From the human T2T-CHM13v2.0 reference genome, Homo sapiens, in the NCBI RefSeq assembly GCF_009914755.1, contig NC_060927.1: DNA of 64,000 nucleotides. One strand, written 5' to 3'. Under the pieces are notes generated by a model, which did not search any database, was not told the DNA's origin, and worked only from the letters and a program-made list of their open reading frames with translations. Below, in pieces: positions 1 to 14,162 of the stretch (position 1 is the first letter of the stretch; the number at the start of each line of letters is the position of its first letter). The translations under genes and the position numbers were made by a program.

Positions 1-309
1 AAGGTGGTATTGTGATGGGGTTAATGTGTGTTCCAGATTTTACAAATGAAGCCTTGTGTTTATGTGGCAAGCCTCCCTCCCAAGAGAAGGAGCACACACA
101 AGCAGCAGGTACCCTTCATCGTGTGAGGGAAGAATTATTATTCTCACTTGGCATGGGAGACGCAAACCTCCCGGTGCAGGCTTTCACCCCATCGCTTAGG
201 GAATTAACGGTGGACCTGGAGGGCAAACTGAGGTTGGTTTGTCAGTGCCAAAGAGGCAGAGCTACCTGCCTCCACTGCCCTTCCAGCGATGGAGAGAATG
301 TAACTGCCA

Positions 310-530
310 TTTAATGAGCACCTACTGTGTGCCAGGCCTTGTGTTAAAGCACTCCAAGCATTATCCCTGCAATCCCCCAGCAGTCCTGGGAAAATGGGCA
401 TTATTATCCTATTCCACAGATAAGGAAGCTGAAGCTTAAATAATTGTAGGGACTTGTTCTAGTCTCACAGCTGGTAAATGGCAGAGCCAAGATGTCATTG
501 CAGGTCTGCCGAGTCCAAAACTCAAGTTTT
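310..530 (-). mobile_element. MIR SINE
   Basis: Reverse MIR motifs tgagcacctactgtgtgccaggc...acagataaggaagctgaagctt...ctggtaaatggcagagcc. Confidence 0.75.
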
Positions 531-729
531 TCATGAAAAAGAAACGAAGCAAGCTTTCCCGCAAAGCAGAGCTCTTCTAGCTTCGGGAAAACTGTCTTTT
601 ACAGCTAACAAAGTGTAAGGGGTAGGTGAGGGTCTTTATAAGACTTGCTGTTAAGAGACTCAAATTTAAAACTGGGACTACAGCTAGGAGATTCTGAATG
701 GCTCAGCAGCAGCCCCACAAGAGAAGCCA

Positions 730-807
730 GGCTTTGTGGCTTGGCTGGTGTCAGACTTTGCGGCCAATGGCTTTGTGGCATAGCTGGTGTCAGACTTTGC
801 AGCTAGT
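730..807. repeat. Tandem duplication, 39 bp x 2 (5 mismatches)
   Basis: ggctttgtggcttggctggtgtcagactttgcggccaat followed by ggctttgtggcatagctggtgtcagactttgcagctagt. Confidence 0.9.
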
Positions 808-2004
808 GGTGAAAGCGACCTCCAACTTAGGTTTCATCTCAGAATATGTCTCTTATTTCTTCCCCCTTCCCCTGGGATGTTGTCTGAATTGGCTGTCCTG
901 AGTCTGCTGCTTCTTAATCTGCCAGATGAATCCTTTTGCTCCTAGGATCTCTGCAAGTCTGATCAAGCAGGTCCTCCATGCTCTTGGTGGGGTGAGGGGG
1001 AGAAGATATTTGGCCAGTAGATACTTTTTACTGGTCAGGAGAAGTGGCAGCTTGTACAGAAAACACCCTGGGGAAGGAAGTAGCAGCTTTGACAGACAGG
1101 TAACTGACAGAAGATGGTACCTTCCAGGCAAATACTCATAGAGCAGCCACCAGAAAGAATTCGACAGGCAGTTACCTGCAGAACAGTAACGCAGACCTCT
1201 CTACTGGCTTAGGAGAGTGATGGCAATTTGGCTGCAAAGGACATGTAGTTAGTTACCCTTGTTCCTTGTTTTTTTGTAACAAACATGGAAAACCTGAAGC
1301 CACGGTTTTCTGGGTTTGGGGGCACACAGGACACCTGGGTTTAAGATATAATTATGTGACCAGCTACTTGGGTAATGGAAATGAGGTCATGGAAACTCAG
1401 TGTGACTTTATTTCCCTGTTTTTATATGCTGCCTACTCGAACATTATGAGGAAGCAGTGAAATGGGAGAGGCGTTCCTCTAAACGTGAGAAGTGCCTTCT
1501 CACCTCAGAAGCCCAAGGCCGTTGGCTTCTGTGCTTGCCCAAGTTGAGTTAGGAGATGAGAAATTGTAGGGAACTGGCCAGAGGTTAGAGTCTGGGGACA
1601 AGGGATTCATCTGCTTCTGTGGTTCTGTTTTTATTTCTCAGGGCAGGAGCCTGGATTAGAGGCATTTTGGTCGTGTTGTCAGAGACCCTCCTGGATCCCT
1701 CCAGACAAGCTGCCTTTCCCAGCCTTGTGGGATCGGGCAATGTAGGGTCTCAGGTCCAGGAGGAATTGAGAGAGGAAAAGGACTCGTGGCCAAATAATTC
1801 TGGTTAACATTCTTTTTTGAGAGAGGAAGGAACAGAAGGCATCTGTGAAGTTTCCGGAGTTCCCATCTGAGACAACAGAAGTCAGGAATGAATCTTATTA
1901 GAAGAAGGGTGGAGTGCTGGGAAAGATGGCTGTGTTGCAGGAAGGAGCCATATTTCTGGAGCCACTTCCAAGTTTGAGATTGTGCAGCATCCTGGTTGAG
2001 GGGA

Positions 2005-2190
2005 GGCTTTGGAACCAGACAAGCCTGGGTTTCAGTTCTGGCTTTGCCAGTCGATAGGTATGTGACCCTAGGCAAATTACGTAGACACTGAGAACCAGTT
2101 TCTTAGGGTTATTGCAAAGAAGAGGCAAGATAATTCACATAAAGCACACGAAATGCGTTGGGAGCAGTCTGTAGAAGGTAGCTGTTATTA
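2005..2190 (+). mobile_element. MIR SINE
   Basis: ggctttggaaccagacaagcctgggtttcagttctggctttgcca...tgtgaccctaggcaaattac, ending tagctgttattatt. Confidence 0.65.
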
Positions 2191-2439
2191 TTAGGGAAGG
2201 AAAGAGGAACAGAGTGAAAGGAGGGTTGCTGGTAGGATTGGGCAGCTAGAAGGATGAGCAGGTGGGAGAGCCCACTGATAGAGTCCTCACTGGCTCAGGG
2301 TTTACGGAGAGAAAGAAATGTGAGGATGGAGAGATAGAGGAACACATGGAGGGGCAAGGCCCTGCCTCAGGTGCACCGTTCGATGCCAGTCCTTGGTCCT
2401 GGTCACTGGGTAGATAAACCCCCCGTGCCTTCCCCTCTG

Positions 2440-3245
2440 CTTCTTCCCCAACTCAGTGTATCCCATTCTACCAGGTGTGCCAAAAATCTTGGAGTCATCC
2501 TTGACTATGTTCTTTCTCTCATCCTCCACTTTAAATTGGCCAGTAATATTGGCCTTACCTTCAAAATGTTTCCTGAATTCTGTACCTTCTCACCGCCCTG
2601 TCTTCTATCAACATTTCTGGCTTGGATTATCAAAATAAGCTTCCTAAGTGTTCTCTCTGCTTCCACCCATTCTTCATAGAAAAATCAGTGTCACACTTTT
2701 GAAACAAAAGCTAGAGAAGGTCACTTCTGTGCTCAGAACTTCCATGGCTTCCTGTTTGATTAAGAGAAAATATCCAAACACCTCACTCCTTCCCTCTCAG
2801 GGGTCCTCACCTCACCTCTTCCCTCTGAGGCCTCCCTTCCCCCCTTGCCTACTCCCACAGCCATGTTAGCCTCCTGATTGCTGCTCACACTGGCTGGGCA
2901 GCCTCCTCCCAGGGGCTGTGTGCTTGCATTTGCCCACTGCCTGGAAGGCTTCTCCCCAGATGCCTGCACAGCACCCTCCCTCATTTCAATCAGGCCCCCT
3001 GCTTTCATGGTCACCTAAACCTGACCGCACTTTATTAAACAGCACTCCCACCATCATTCTCTCTCCCTTCAACCTAATTTCTTTTCCTCCATGTTATCAC
3101 CTCCTGGCTCGTGTTTATTTGTTCTTTTGGTTACTGCCTGCTTCCCCTCTAGACTGAAGATCAGTGGAATCAGGGACTTTGTTTTCTTCCTCACTGTCTT
3201 CCCAGTGCCTAAAATAGAACCGGGTTGGTAAGTGGTGCTCACATT
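2440..3245 (+). mobile_element. L2 LINE 3' fragment
   Basis: aaaatcttggagtcatccttgact...ctagactgaagatc...cagggactttgttttc...ccagtgcctaaaatag, typical of the L2 3' region. Confidence 0.7.
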
Positions 3246-4224
3246 TTTTTTTCATTTTTGCTAGTTTGCAGGCCTTTTCTGAATCTCAAAAGCGATGTAA
3301 TAGGAGTTTCAAACAAAATGAAATAATTACATATAGATTTATGTAAGAAAATGCATTAAATGCATTCTGGAGTATATGTATATGGGGGGAAAATAGGAGA
3401 GATGTCCCGAGAATGCTACTGTTAAGAGTATCTGTTTCAGAGAAGCCAGGAAGCAGTGTGCAAGGCTGCAACAGAAAGAGCCCAGTTTCTTCTCTCTTCC
3501 TCAAGGTAACTGCCCTCAGGAATGTCCGTGGGTGTACCGGTTGCTCCGTGTCGGGGGATGTAAGCATGGATGCCCTGTCTGCCTTTCTCATCATTCACTT
3601 AAGAGGAATCTGTTGAACGTCTGCTTTGTGCACAGCACTGTGCTAGGCCTGGCTAGGAGACGCAGGGGGGGGCCCAGCTCACACTCTCATACCACCAGCA
3701 GTTTGCAGTCCTGTTTTTTATCTGGGATTTCCTGAGTGTGCCTGGGCCATCCACTTTGCCGCCCTCCTCCCTTAGCAACCTGAGTTGATTGGACTTCCGT
3801 TGAATCTGGTTTGGAACCACAAGCCAAGTACAGGGGGTGAATTTTAAAACAGTTTAGTTCCCCACACACCAGAGAGGCTGGTAGGGCTGGCCCTGTGCCA
3901 GGCACACAGGTGACAGACGGTCCCTGCCATTGGAGAGCCACAGGCCGTGGAAGTAAGGAACTGCACATTGGGATGTTCACCCAGAGGGGGACAGATCTGA
4001 CTTAAATTGTGTCTCAGTCACTTCTGACTTGGTTCTAGATTTGGAAGCTGAGAAAAAATAAAAATAGGGATAAAGATCCTAAGAGGTCTTATGCTGACAC
4101 CAAAGGTGGACAGATGTGCCTGAGAAATTACACAGGCAAATCCCAAACCCCACATGTAAGCCTCTCAGGGAACTGGGAGAAGAGCCCAAGCCTCCAGCTC
4201 CAGTTTTGTTTTGTTTTGTTTTGC

Positions 4225-4705
4225 TTTTAATTAGTAGCCCTTTTTAAAAACAATTTCAGGTTTATAGAAAAGGTTAAGCAAAAAAGTCCTATACAGACTT
4301 GTCGTTCCAATTTCCCCCAATCACTTAACCCCCACCAGGGTCCCCTATTATTAACATCTTACGTTGGTGCAGTATATCTGTTACCATTGATGAGCCAATA
4401 CTGACACATGATTATTAAGTAAAGTCCGTAGTTTACATTAGGGTTCACTCTTTGTGTTGTACATTTACTGGGTTTGACAAAATGTGTGATGACATATATC
4501 CACCATGAAAGAATCATACAGAATAATAGTTTCACTCCCTAAAAATCCCTTGTGCGCCACCTATTCATCTCCCCCTCCCTCCCCCAGCCCCTGGCAACCG
4601 CTGATCTACTATTGTCTCTCTAGTTTTGCCTTTTCCTGAATGTCATGCGGTTGGAATCACACAGCCTATGCCTTTTCAAGATCAGCTTCTTTCACTTGGC
4701 AATCC
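4225..4705 (-). mobile_element. Old L1 (L1MC/L1MB-type) 3' end
   Basis: cctattattaacatctta...attgatgagccaatactgacac...tttacattagggttcactcttt...cccctggcaaccgctgatct. Confidence 0.7.
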
Positions 4706-5639
4706 CCTTCAGTTTTAAGTATGGCTTTCTCTCCTTCCCTGCCCCATACACACTTCCAGCTGGGGAGCAGAGACTGAAAAAGGAGCCCAAAGTTGTGCGC
4801 TGAGACCCCTCGCCCGCAACCAGAGCCCTGCAGGTCTGCAGTGTGGTCCCTTTATCAGCTTCCACTGAGCATGCCGGCCCTGGCGCTACTGGAGTTTAGC
4901 CCAGGCTGGTAAACTGTCAGGAGCTGCCTGTGTTTGGGTTCCACATCTGGAAGTATCAGCTGTGCAGACCTTCCCATCCCGTCCCTAAACAGAAAGACAC
5001 GAGGAGCACATGGGCTGTTTGCCTTCCTCCTCGATAGTTTGTTTTACTTGCTTTGGAGCTGCGGATAGCGGTGGGGAAGTGAGCGTCCCCTGGGCAGGCA
5101 GCGCTCTTGCACGCCTACATCCACATCCGGTGGTGGTGGCAGGCCACAGATCCCTTAGCTTCTAGAGTTTCTGCTTTTGGTTCCGCCCAGGTTCCAGTGG
5201 TGTCTGTGTTGAGCCCTGAGAATGATTGAGGGACCTGTTTTGTGGTCATTGAGGAGGAAGACCAGTAAGGCATAATGAGTTTGAGAGCATTTTCCCTGCA
5301 AAGAAGTGCCTCTTTCTTGAGTCAGCCTCGAAGACTAGGATTCCCTGGAGTTTGGTGACAGAACCCCCAGGATTCAGAACACTCACCAGCCACTCTCAAC
5401 ACAAGGCATTCTGGAGGACAGGTGATGATGGTGGATTTTATAAGGCATAGAATGAGGAATCTCTTCCAAGCCCACTCCAACTCTGGACCACATTTAAGAG
5501 AAAGGAAAGTGCATGTGAATTGGAGGGGGTGGGGGTGGGGGGTCACGTGGACCATCTGATCCAGGCTGAAAAGCTCTCAGGGCTGAGGAAAGGTAGACAG
5601 GGTTCCAACCCTGAGGAGCAGGGACTTAAATTTAAACCT

Positions 5640-6258
<619 letters not shown>

Positions 6259-9200
6259 CCAACTTCTGTTTGGAATAAATAGAGAGCTGAGGCCAGCCAG
6301 TACTTTCTCACGCTGAAAGACACTGGCCAGGTATTTCAGAGTTCTGTACAAAGGAGGAATGAGACTCACAGCACACGTCAGAAAGTCAGCTTTTGGACTA
6401 TGGAAATTCCATGCTGAAGATCCAAGTCCACACCACCTCCCCCTCTGGTTTTCTTTTCTTCATCTGGCCCATTCTCCAATCTATAGCCTGACCAGTGACT
6501 CACTAAGAGTGCTGGGCTGCCATTCAGTGGCTCTGCCTACCCCATGTAAGTGCAGTATTATATATTTGCCTGGCTAATATTACATGTCCCAGGTTTGTGC
6601 CTAAGACTGTGAATGCTAATGCAATGGAGTGTTTAAAGCCCTTTCAGCTCTTCAGAGAAAGAAGTACACTCTACCAGCAAGCTAGCCTTGCTTTTGTTAA
6701 TTATGGAATCAGGGTGCAGTCTCCTGGCCCCTGTCTTCTTAGGTCTAACTGTAGAGCCTGGAAGGCTGTAACGGTGGTTACTAACCATTACCTCATCTAG
6801 AAGCCTTGGCCCTTGCCTCAGTTTACCTGGAGAGGCAGATGATAAAGAACTACTGAACTGTGTAAGTGTGGGACCCATGTTCCTTATCAAATCCAGCCTT
6901 CACTTCTAAATCTCACTTCCTACATTCTGCCCCACAAGTAGGTACAGTGATAGTCCCAAGAAAGAATCCCAGACTGGCTTCCGTGGATACACACCAGGTA
7001 TCCAGTGTGTGTCTATGAGCAGGGGCCATATTTTCTGAACCAAAAGACAAATGTATGATCTGAAAAAGCATTTTGTTATTGTTCTTTTTTTTCCTAATGT
7101 GGGGGGAATGGGGGAATCTCAGAAAGGCTAATTTATAAATATCTTGTAATACATGAAAAAAACTCACCTTTATCAAAAGGAGTGGCATTCTGTACAGTAG
7201 GCTTATCCAGAACCTCCCAGTGGTATGGTCTTCAGTCAGAGCAGGAGGTGCAGAGAGCGCAGAATGGGTCTTTCTCCATGTGGGGTGCTTCAGCCAGTGC
7301 TGGTGGAAAGAAGTCTCTGGTGTGGTCTGGGTCTTCTCTAGTACTTTCTCTCCAGAGCAACCTGTAGACATGAGGGTGGGCTTCTGGTTTTACTGACCAC
7401 CATTCCATGTCCCTCTCCAGAAAAAGCCAGCCTCCAAGCCATTGGAATGGGGAGACCCCTTAATAACTAAGTTCCAGATCCCTTGAAAGTCAGGAAGTAA
7501 AGAGGAACTGCGTGTCCAATTGAGATGGAATCTTAAGCAGGCAGAACTAACTTTCCCCACATGAGAAATTAACCAAAATGCCAGTGTTAATACCCTTAAT
7601 CTGGATGGGGGAAAGGTAGTGAGACCTCATTTCTGTGCATCTCAGCCAAGATGAACTGGCTAGGGGGTGCTGACCTGTCTCCCTTGTGGAAATAATGCTA
7701 CCCACTAAAGCTTGTGATGCCTACTGTAGCCTGCCTCTCCTCAGTCACTTGAGGTTTAGCACGGAACTGTTACTGCTTATCCGAATATCAACAATAAGCC
7801 TTGCCTGACAGCAGTACATTCATGCCTCTTCAGTCAATTGCCATAGGGGCCTGAAGACATTTGTAGCCATCAGGGTGGCCTTTCAATTGACCAGTTAACA
7901 GATATTGAGCACTATGCCTACTGCCTTCAAGACATCTATATTCTAGTTTCTGAATATTTCTCAGATCACAACAAGAGGTCATACTGCCTTGAACTGCATT
8001 ATCCATATAATCTCCTTAGAAGAGTGCTTGGCTTAGGGTAGAGGCTTTGATGGTCTCTATTATTATCATCATTATTATTAGCTTGAGATGAGCTGCTGAT
8101 TTATAATTCTCCCACAAGAACCCATATTCTTGGAGAATTTGTCTATTTGAAGAGTTTTGTCAATTATGGTAAGTTGTATAGGTAGAGAAGTGGAGGCACA
8201 AGGAAAAGTACTGTGTTCATAAGCCCAAGCTGGCTTCCTTTATGGGTCTGCACCTGGACCTCAAGGCCTCTGCGCATGGTTGGTTCTACAGTCAGGGAAA
8301 AGCCAGTCAGAGTTGGCAGCTTGTCATTGGTGAGATATGCACAGTCCTGGGAAAAGCCCTTCCTGGATAGGGAAGCCCCAGAAAGATGGAAGTGGGGAAG
8401 AGCCAGATGGCTCCCAGTATTGAGTCCAGAGATTCAGGGAGATAGGCCCCTCAAGGTTTCCTCTGGCTGTGACCAGCAGTCCTCTTTTCAGGAGTAGGGC
8501 TCCCTCTTTGGCCCAACCTTGCAGAACCCTCTTTTCCACCAAAACCTGGGCAGTCACTGAAACCTGCCTGACAATGCAGCTTGCCTTAATTGAAAGGACA
8601 TTGGGTGGTTGGGTGAGTGGGGGTTTCTGCACCTTGGTGCAGGATTGGGAAGGTTTGAGAGGAACTTATTCTAGTTATCCGACTGAAAACAAGTGTTTTA
8701 TTTTGTAATTAAAAAAAAAACTTTACCCTTTAAAAACTCAAAGAGCTATAAAAGCACAAAGAATAGTATCATGAACCCCATGTACCCATCACCCAGATTC
8801 AGCAATTATCAAGACAAACAAGTGTTTGGGTTTTTTTTTTTCTTTAGTATGATTTTGTTTTCATTACTGTGCTCTGTGTGCAGGATAGGTCAAAGATGGA
8901 TGCCACAAGGTTACTCTTTCCAAAAGAAGTCTGTAATCCAGCTTTTCTACCACCTTCCAACAGTGAAGTGAAAGGAAAGAGCATTGCCCAGGTACTAGGT
9001 TTTGATTTGCGATTGTTCCCTGGTGCTCTGAGATGTTTCTGTGCATCTCCTTTACCATATGTTGAGCTTGAATTTTACCTTTGGATTCCCAGAGCCGACT
9101 ATTTAATGGATGTTCAATAAGCATTATTGACTTGTGAGGCAAGTGATTTCATGAGACATTGGCTTTCCATCTGGACAGGTATAAGTAAGTTAGTGCTTAG

Positions 9201-10844
9201 CGCACCATCCTGGGGGGACGGGGCAGATGATGGTGTAGAGTTGAGGTGGGGCCCATTATTCGAATCCTGGGGGACACTGAGAGGGAATGACAGAGCCTCT
9301 CAGGTGAAGGATTAGGAGTACAGGGCTCCTGATTTTGCTGAGAAGGAGGAAGTCAGCAAGGAGGAATAGGAGAGACTGGGGCAGAACTGCTCTCTGTGCC
9401 TGGCCCCCAGATTCAGTCATTAATAGGCCCTGGGTGAGGTAGGTCAGGATTATGAGAATGAAGACTCCATCTCCAGACCCTTTTTCTGGGTGGCCATAAG
9501 CAGCCTGCAAGCTGCGTGCACTACCAGGCCCCATGTGCCATTCCAGTGACTGTTTTATTCATTTTAAAGTTGGCAGGAGAAAGCAGGCAAAGAATGGGGC
9601 TGTTCCAAGTGTTGGGGGAGTGGGGTCCACTTCCTGTCTCTGGAGTGCACTGCAGTCCAGCTGCTCTGAGCTCCTCTGGGTCAGGGCTGGGTGGGGTATG
9701 TAGTTAAAGGGTATGAAATAGGGTGTTGTAGGGACAGGAGGGAAGACACTTCAAACCCTTCCCCTCTGATCTGATCCCAGGGTGTAGCAGAGGCCTCAGG
9801 CAGGGTGCCTCCAAGGCCCTGACTTTCAGCAGGCAACCTGCCCCTCCCATCCCTGCCTGGTCTTTTTCAGTTTAAAGTTCCAGCCTGCTCCTCCCCTCCC
9901 ATACATGCATGATGTATGTGTGTGTGTGTGTTTTAATTTTTATTCTTGGCAGAAGTTAAGACACAAGATGGATTTGGAAGGAGATTAAACTAGTCTGGGT
10001 ATATGTTGGGCAGCAGGCAGCTTCATTCCTGGACTGGGAGGGCCGGGAAGGAGTGCGGCTGCAGCTCTGAGGTGGGGTAGAGGGTTGTCTCCTCCCCCAG
10101 TAGGGACCAAACTGAAAATCGACTCCTTCGGGAAGGCCAGGAGCTAGAAGCTCACTGTTAACCCTTTACAGCTGGTTTCAGTGGAGCCAAAGCCCTCTGG
10201 TCTGATCTGGTATTAAGAGGATGTTGGGACCCTTGGATGGCCAACGGCTGTTCTACTTCTCAGTGATCTGAGTCCCTGGAAGCTGCTGGCCTTGTTAAAG
10301 CAGTCATTGGTGGCTTCTCAGGCTTTGATGTCCAAACGCTTAAATTTGCGCATGCTTGGAAAACATCCCACCTCTGCTAGCATCTACCTTAGGGCCATCC
10401 TATCCCTGCCCCTAGAAGCAATTGTTCCTGGCCCCAGTCAGCAGCAGCCACTATGGCTCAGGGACCTGTTTGTCACCTTTGCTACTGTAGAGGCCGCCTT
10501 GGCCCCCAAAGTAGATGTTCTTTGCAATGGCGGCCTCCTCTTTCATCTTTATTTCTGTGCAAAGAAGAGAAAATGAAGAATCTGAAAATCCAGAAAATAT
10601 CTGGGGAAATCTGAGAGAAGCTTTTTGGGAAAAATGTTTTCTTCCTTAAAATGTATTAAGATATTTAATTTGTGAGAGAAAAAATATGTATTTTAGCTTT
10701 AAAAATTATAAGAATTTCTTTGAAATGATACAGTAAGGAACATCTTTATGCAAAGTGTTCAATTTCAAACACCGTATCCAGTACAGAACATTTCTGGCAG
10801 ATATTCCTTACCAAAATGACCCCAAAATCCACGGCAGAGACACC

Positions 10845-11030
10845 TGCACTGGGATTCTCAACGCTGGCTGCACATTACTATTTCCAGGAAGGAGTGGTGA
10901 AAATATTGATGTCAAGCTCCCATCTCCCCAGAGATTCTAACTTCATTTGCTTGAGGTGCTGCCCAGGCATTGTTATATTTTAAAGTATCCCCAGATGATT
11001 CTCCTGTGCAGTCAGAATTGGGAGCTACAC
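10845..11030. mobile_element. MER5-type hAT-Charlie DNA transposon (MITE)
   Basis: ttctcaacgctggctgcacatta...cccagagattctaact...ccccagatgattctcctgtgcagtcagaattggga. Confidence 0.7.
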
Positions 11031-11429
11031 ATTTAATGTTATCAGAGAACAGAAGGAAAATGAGAGAACCTAGGTTAAGAAATGAGAAGCATCTTCTTGT
11101 CTCTCAGTACATAGTGGTGCATATCACCTGGATCCTAGATTCAAAGCGCTGCTACCAATCTTTGGGCTGTATTTCAATACTCAGACACTCAGGACCGACT
11201 GTAGGTGTGGAGAACTTCCGGGACTGCAGGTGCAAATGCATCTTCAGGAGTACGTATGCAGAGTACATTGTGAGAATCTGCCAAACCAATCCATCCTGAA
11301 ACATGGTGGCTAGTGCATGATTCCAACTCAGACTTACTTTGTTTTCTGCCTTTCTTAATTCCTTTGTTGAAAACAGTTTTGTTGTATAACTGCTTTAAGC
11401 TGCCAAGGACCCCAAGACCAGCAAGCAGG

Positions 11430-11620
11430 GGAAGCAGACAGTCTAGGCTTTGAATCCTTTACTTAAGCAAGTTCCTTAATCTCTTTGAGTCTCACTTGCT
11501 GCATCTGTGTAATGGGATGAGAATACTACCGACCTCATATAGTTGTTTAGTAGTTAGACAAGATCATTCATATGTATTAGCTCATTATCTTGCACATGTT
11601 AATTCAACAAGTGGTCAAAT
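11430..11620 (+). mobile_element. MIR SINE fragment
   Basis: gcaagttccttaatctctttgagtctcacttgctgcatctgtgtaatggga MIR core. Confidence 0.6.
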
Positions 11621-12794
11621 AATTTTATTTAAGATTGGTAGTTTCTTTTTGTTGTAAATATATGCCTCAATCCCATGTTGCAACAAAATCTAGTGTAGTA
11701 CATTCAATAAATCTCAGTGATTTTTAACTTGTATTTACAAATCAGTAGGAAATTAGTAATTTAGCAGGAAAAAAGGCAATCTTTAAATGTTAACTTGCTC
11801 AACATGACTATTTCAGCAAACTAAGTATTAGATGGTATATTTTATATAACTTACTAAACAAAGCAATTTCAGATCTGTAAAGTTTGTTAACAAAATATTA
11901 AATGTATTTTCTTCTTTTTCCCCAAAAATACTTATCCACATTGTGTGAATGCAACAGAATCCTGGAATTAGGGGAAGTGTTCTTTATAAGCTGGAGGAAT
12001 TGATTGCTGGAGATTAAGGAATATGGACATAGCATATTCCTTAAATGTGATAATGGGGCAAGGAACAACATTTTATGGTTGAAGGGGTGGTTGGGAAATG
12101 AGGCCTATGGGAAGATGGGAAGATAAAATATCAGTGGTGGCATGAGAATATTTGGAGATAGCTTTTTTTCAAATTTGCCTTTTTAATTACAAAAGCGATG
12201 CTACATACCTTGTTTGAAAATTTCCAAGGTATTTAAAGCTAAAAGGGCAAATCCCCTGATCTTCAGAGATAACTGATACTAAAATTTAAGTGTCTCCTGA
12301 CATTTTTCTATGACAACCCAGATAACTACACACCACATATTCATAAGTAACTTTTTTAAATTATAAAATGGGATCATGATGGTTTGCAAATTGCTTAAGG
12401 ACATTCTTCAGGAACCTCTTAGGCCAGTATTTCTCAAAGAGTATTTGGTGAAGGTCTCATCACTAATGGTACTGTGAGAAAAAAGGATAGTTTTGTCAAA
12501 TGAGTCCAGGTTTGTGGTCAAGTGAGTCCAAGCCTGTGGGTACAGACTTTAGTGCATACTCTCTCCCACTCTTGGTGATTCATGATGCATAATAGCATAC
12601 TAAAGGCTCAGAAAAGGCCTGCAGTAAAGAAATCTGATAGCTTTTCTTAATATAGCATTTTCCTAAATTATTTTCGGTGGCATATTTTAATATCTGGTAG
12701 GTTTTTAGAATATTCCTCACTAATCTCCTTTCCACCACTACATCCCCACCCCTCTGCCACTGTAACCTTGTGAGATAGGCAGGAAAAGAGCTCA

Positions 12795-12920
12795 TCTGTT
12801 CATTTAATCAACAAATACTTACTGCACTCCTACTATGTGCCAAGCATTGTGATTGATGCTGGGGATATGTGAATGAACAACATAGAAGGCTCTCTGCTCT
12901 CATGGACTCTCACTGTTTGC
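12795..12920 (-). mobile_element. L2 3' end
   Basis: catttaatcaacaaatacttactgcactcctactatgtgccaagcattgtg...gctggggata. Confidence 0.65.
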
Positions 12921-13525
12921 CTGCAGCATAGTGATGGTATTAGTCACATCCATCATTAGTCATGGTGGATGGCTGTGCTGTGTGTACCTGGGAATGGCAG
13001 AACCTCAGCAGGGGGATCCTCTTTGCAACTGGTGGAGCCTAAGAGCAGGAGGCTAGAATTATCCCCACCCCCTCTGCTCCTTCCCTTCTTCATGCCTCTC
13101 CAATTCCCCACACTTTGCTCCTGCTGTAAACAGTGGTGCCTGATCCAGCTGGCAAGGCTCCATGTGTTTGTTTTCTCTGCATGTGCCAGCCTTGCACCGA
13201 GGCCACTGAGCTTCCCAAGTTGGGGAGAGCTGGCAGGGGTTGGGGCTGGGGGCTTCCAGCAGAAGGCAGGGACTGTTTGACAGACCAACTGCAGCATGCT
13301 TCAGATTTCCAAATTGATATTTATTTAAGTTTTAGGTGATTTAAAAGAACTTTGTAATTGAGAAAGGAAGGATTGGGGATGAAGTTGGGGACTGAATGTG
13401 TATATTTGGGGGTCAGGGAGGTGGCAAAGAAAGTGAGTTTGTATGAGGTCAGATGGGAAAGAAAGTAAACTGTCATGACTCCAAAGCATACTTAGCAGCT
13501 AGAGCTGGAGCTGTTTGCTGTGCGA

Positions 13526-13552
13526 GTGTGTGTGTGTGTGTGTGTGTGTGTG
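13526..13552. repeat. (GT)n microsatellite
   Basis: About 13 GT units followed by alternating cacacgtgcacatgc. Confidence 0.95.
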
Positions 13553-14107
13553 CACACGTGCACATGCCTGCCTGTCTTAGAGGTGGAGAATGCACATGTC
13601 CAAGGCAGGATGCTGGGCCACCCTATGAGGGAGGTATCCAGCCCCTGAGATATTGCCTCTTCTTAAATATTTTTTGTGAAGTACTGGGGATGAATCTGCA
13701 GTAAGCATTAGACTAATGAAAATATTCCTAAAAGTAACCCTAAAAGGAGTTATTCAGATTTATTAAGTTGCTGTCACTTATGGGATACCTACTTAGTGCC
13801 AGTCATTGTTATAGATGTTTACTAATGTGATCTGTTTTTCCTTCAGCATCCCTATGCGAGTTGATTTTGTTGTCCTGTGCCAAACTGTTCCTTTTAAAGT
13901 TCGGGGTAAGGGTTTCTTGCTTGCATAAAAGTCTAGGAGGAATGTTGTCCATGTCGCAGTGCAGCCAGATGCGAACTGAAGAATGGTAGCTTCTCACCTC
14001 CCATCTTGTCATTGACTTCAGCAGTTCAGCTATTTTACCCCAAGGCCTAGATTTTTATTTGAATGCATCAGATTTCCTGCAAGCATGCATGAGCATGTAA
14101 AGGATTG

Positions 14108-14109
<2 letters not shown>

Positions 14110-14155
<46 letters not shown>
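14110..14155. repeat. (GT)n microsatellite, about 23 units
   Basis: Uninterrupted GT run. Confidence 0.97.

Positions 14156-14162
<7 letters not shown>

Noticed and set aside
1090-1182. Short inverted repeat caggtaactg / cagttacctg
   Set aside because: Only 10 bp with a long loop; within chance expectation and no further structure.
8602-9500. GLI-like sites TGGGTGGTT (about 8602) and TGGGTGGCC (about 9487), plus others elsewhere
   Set aside because: One-mismatch 9-mers are expected several times by chance in 64 kb; I found no perfect GACCACCCA or tight cluster.
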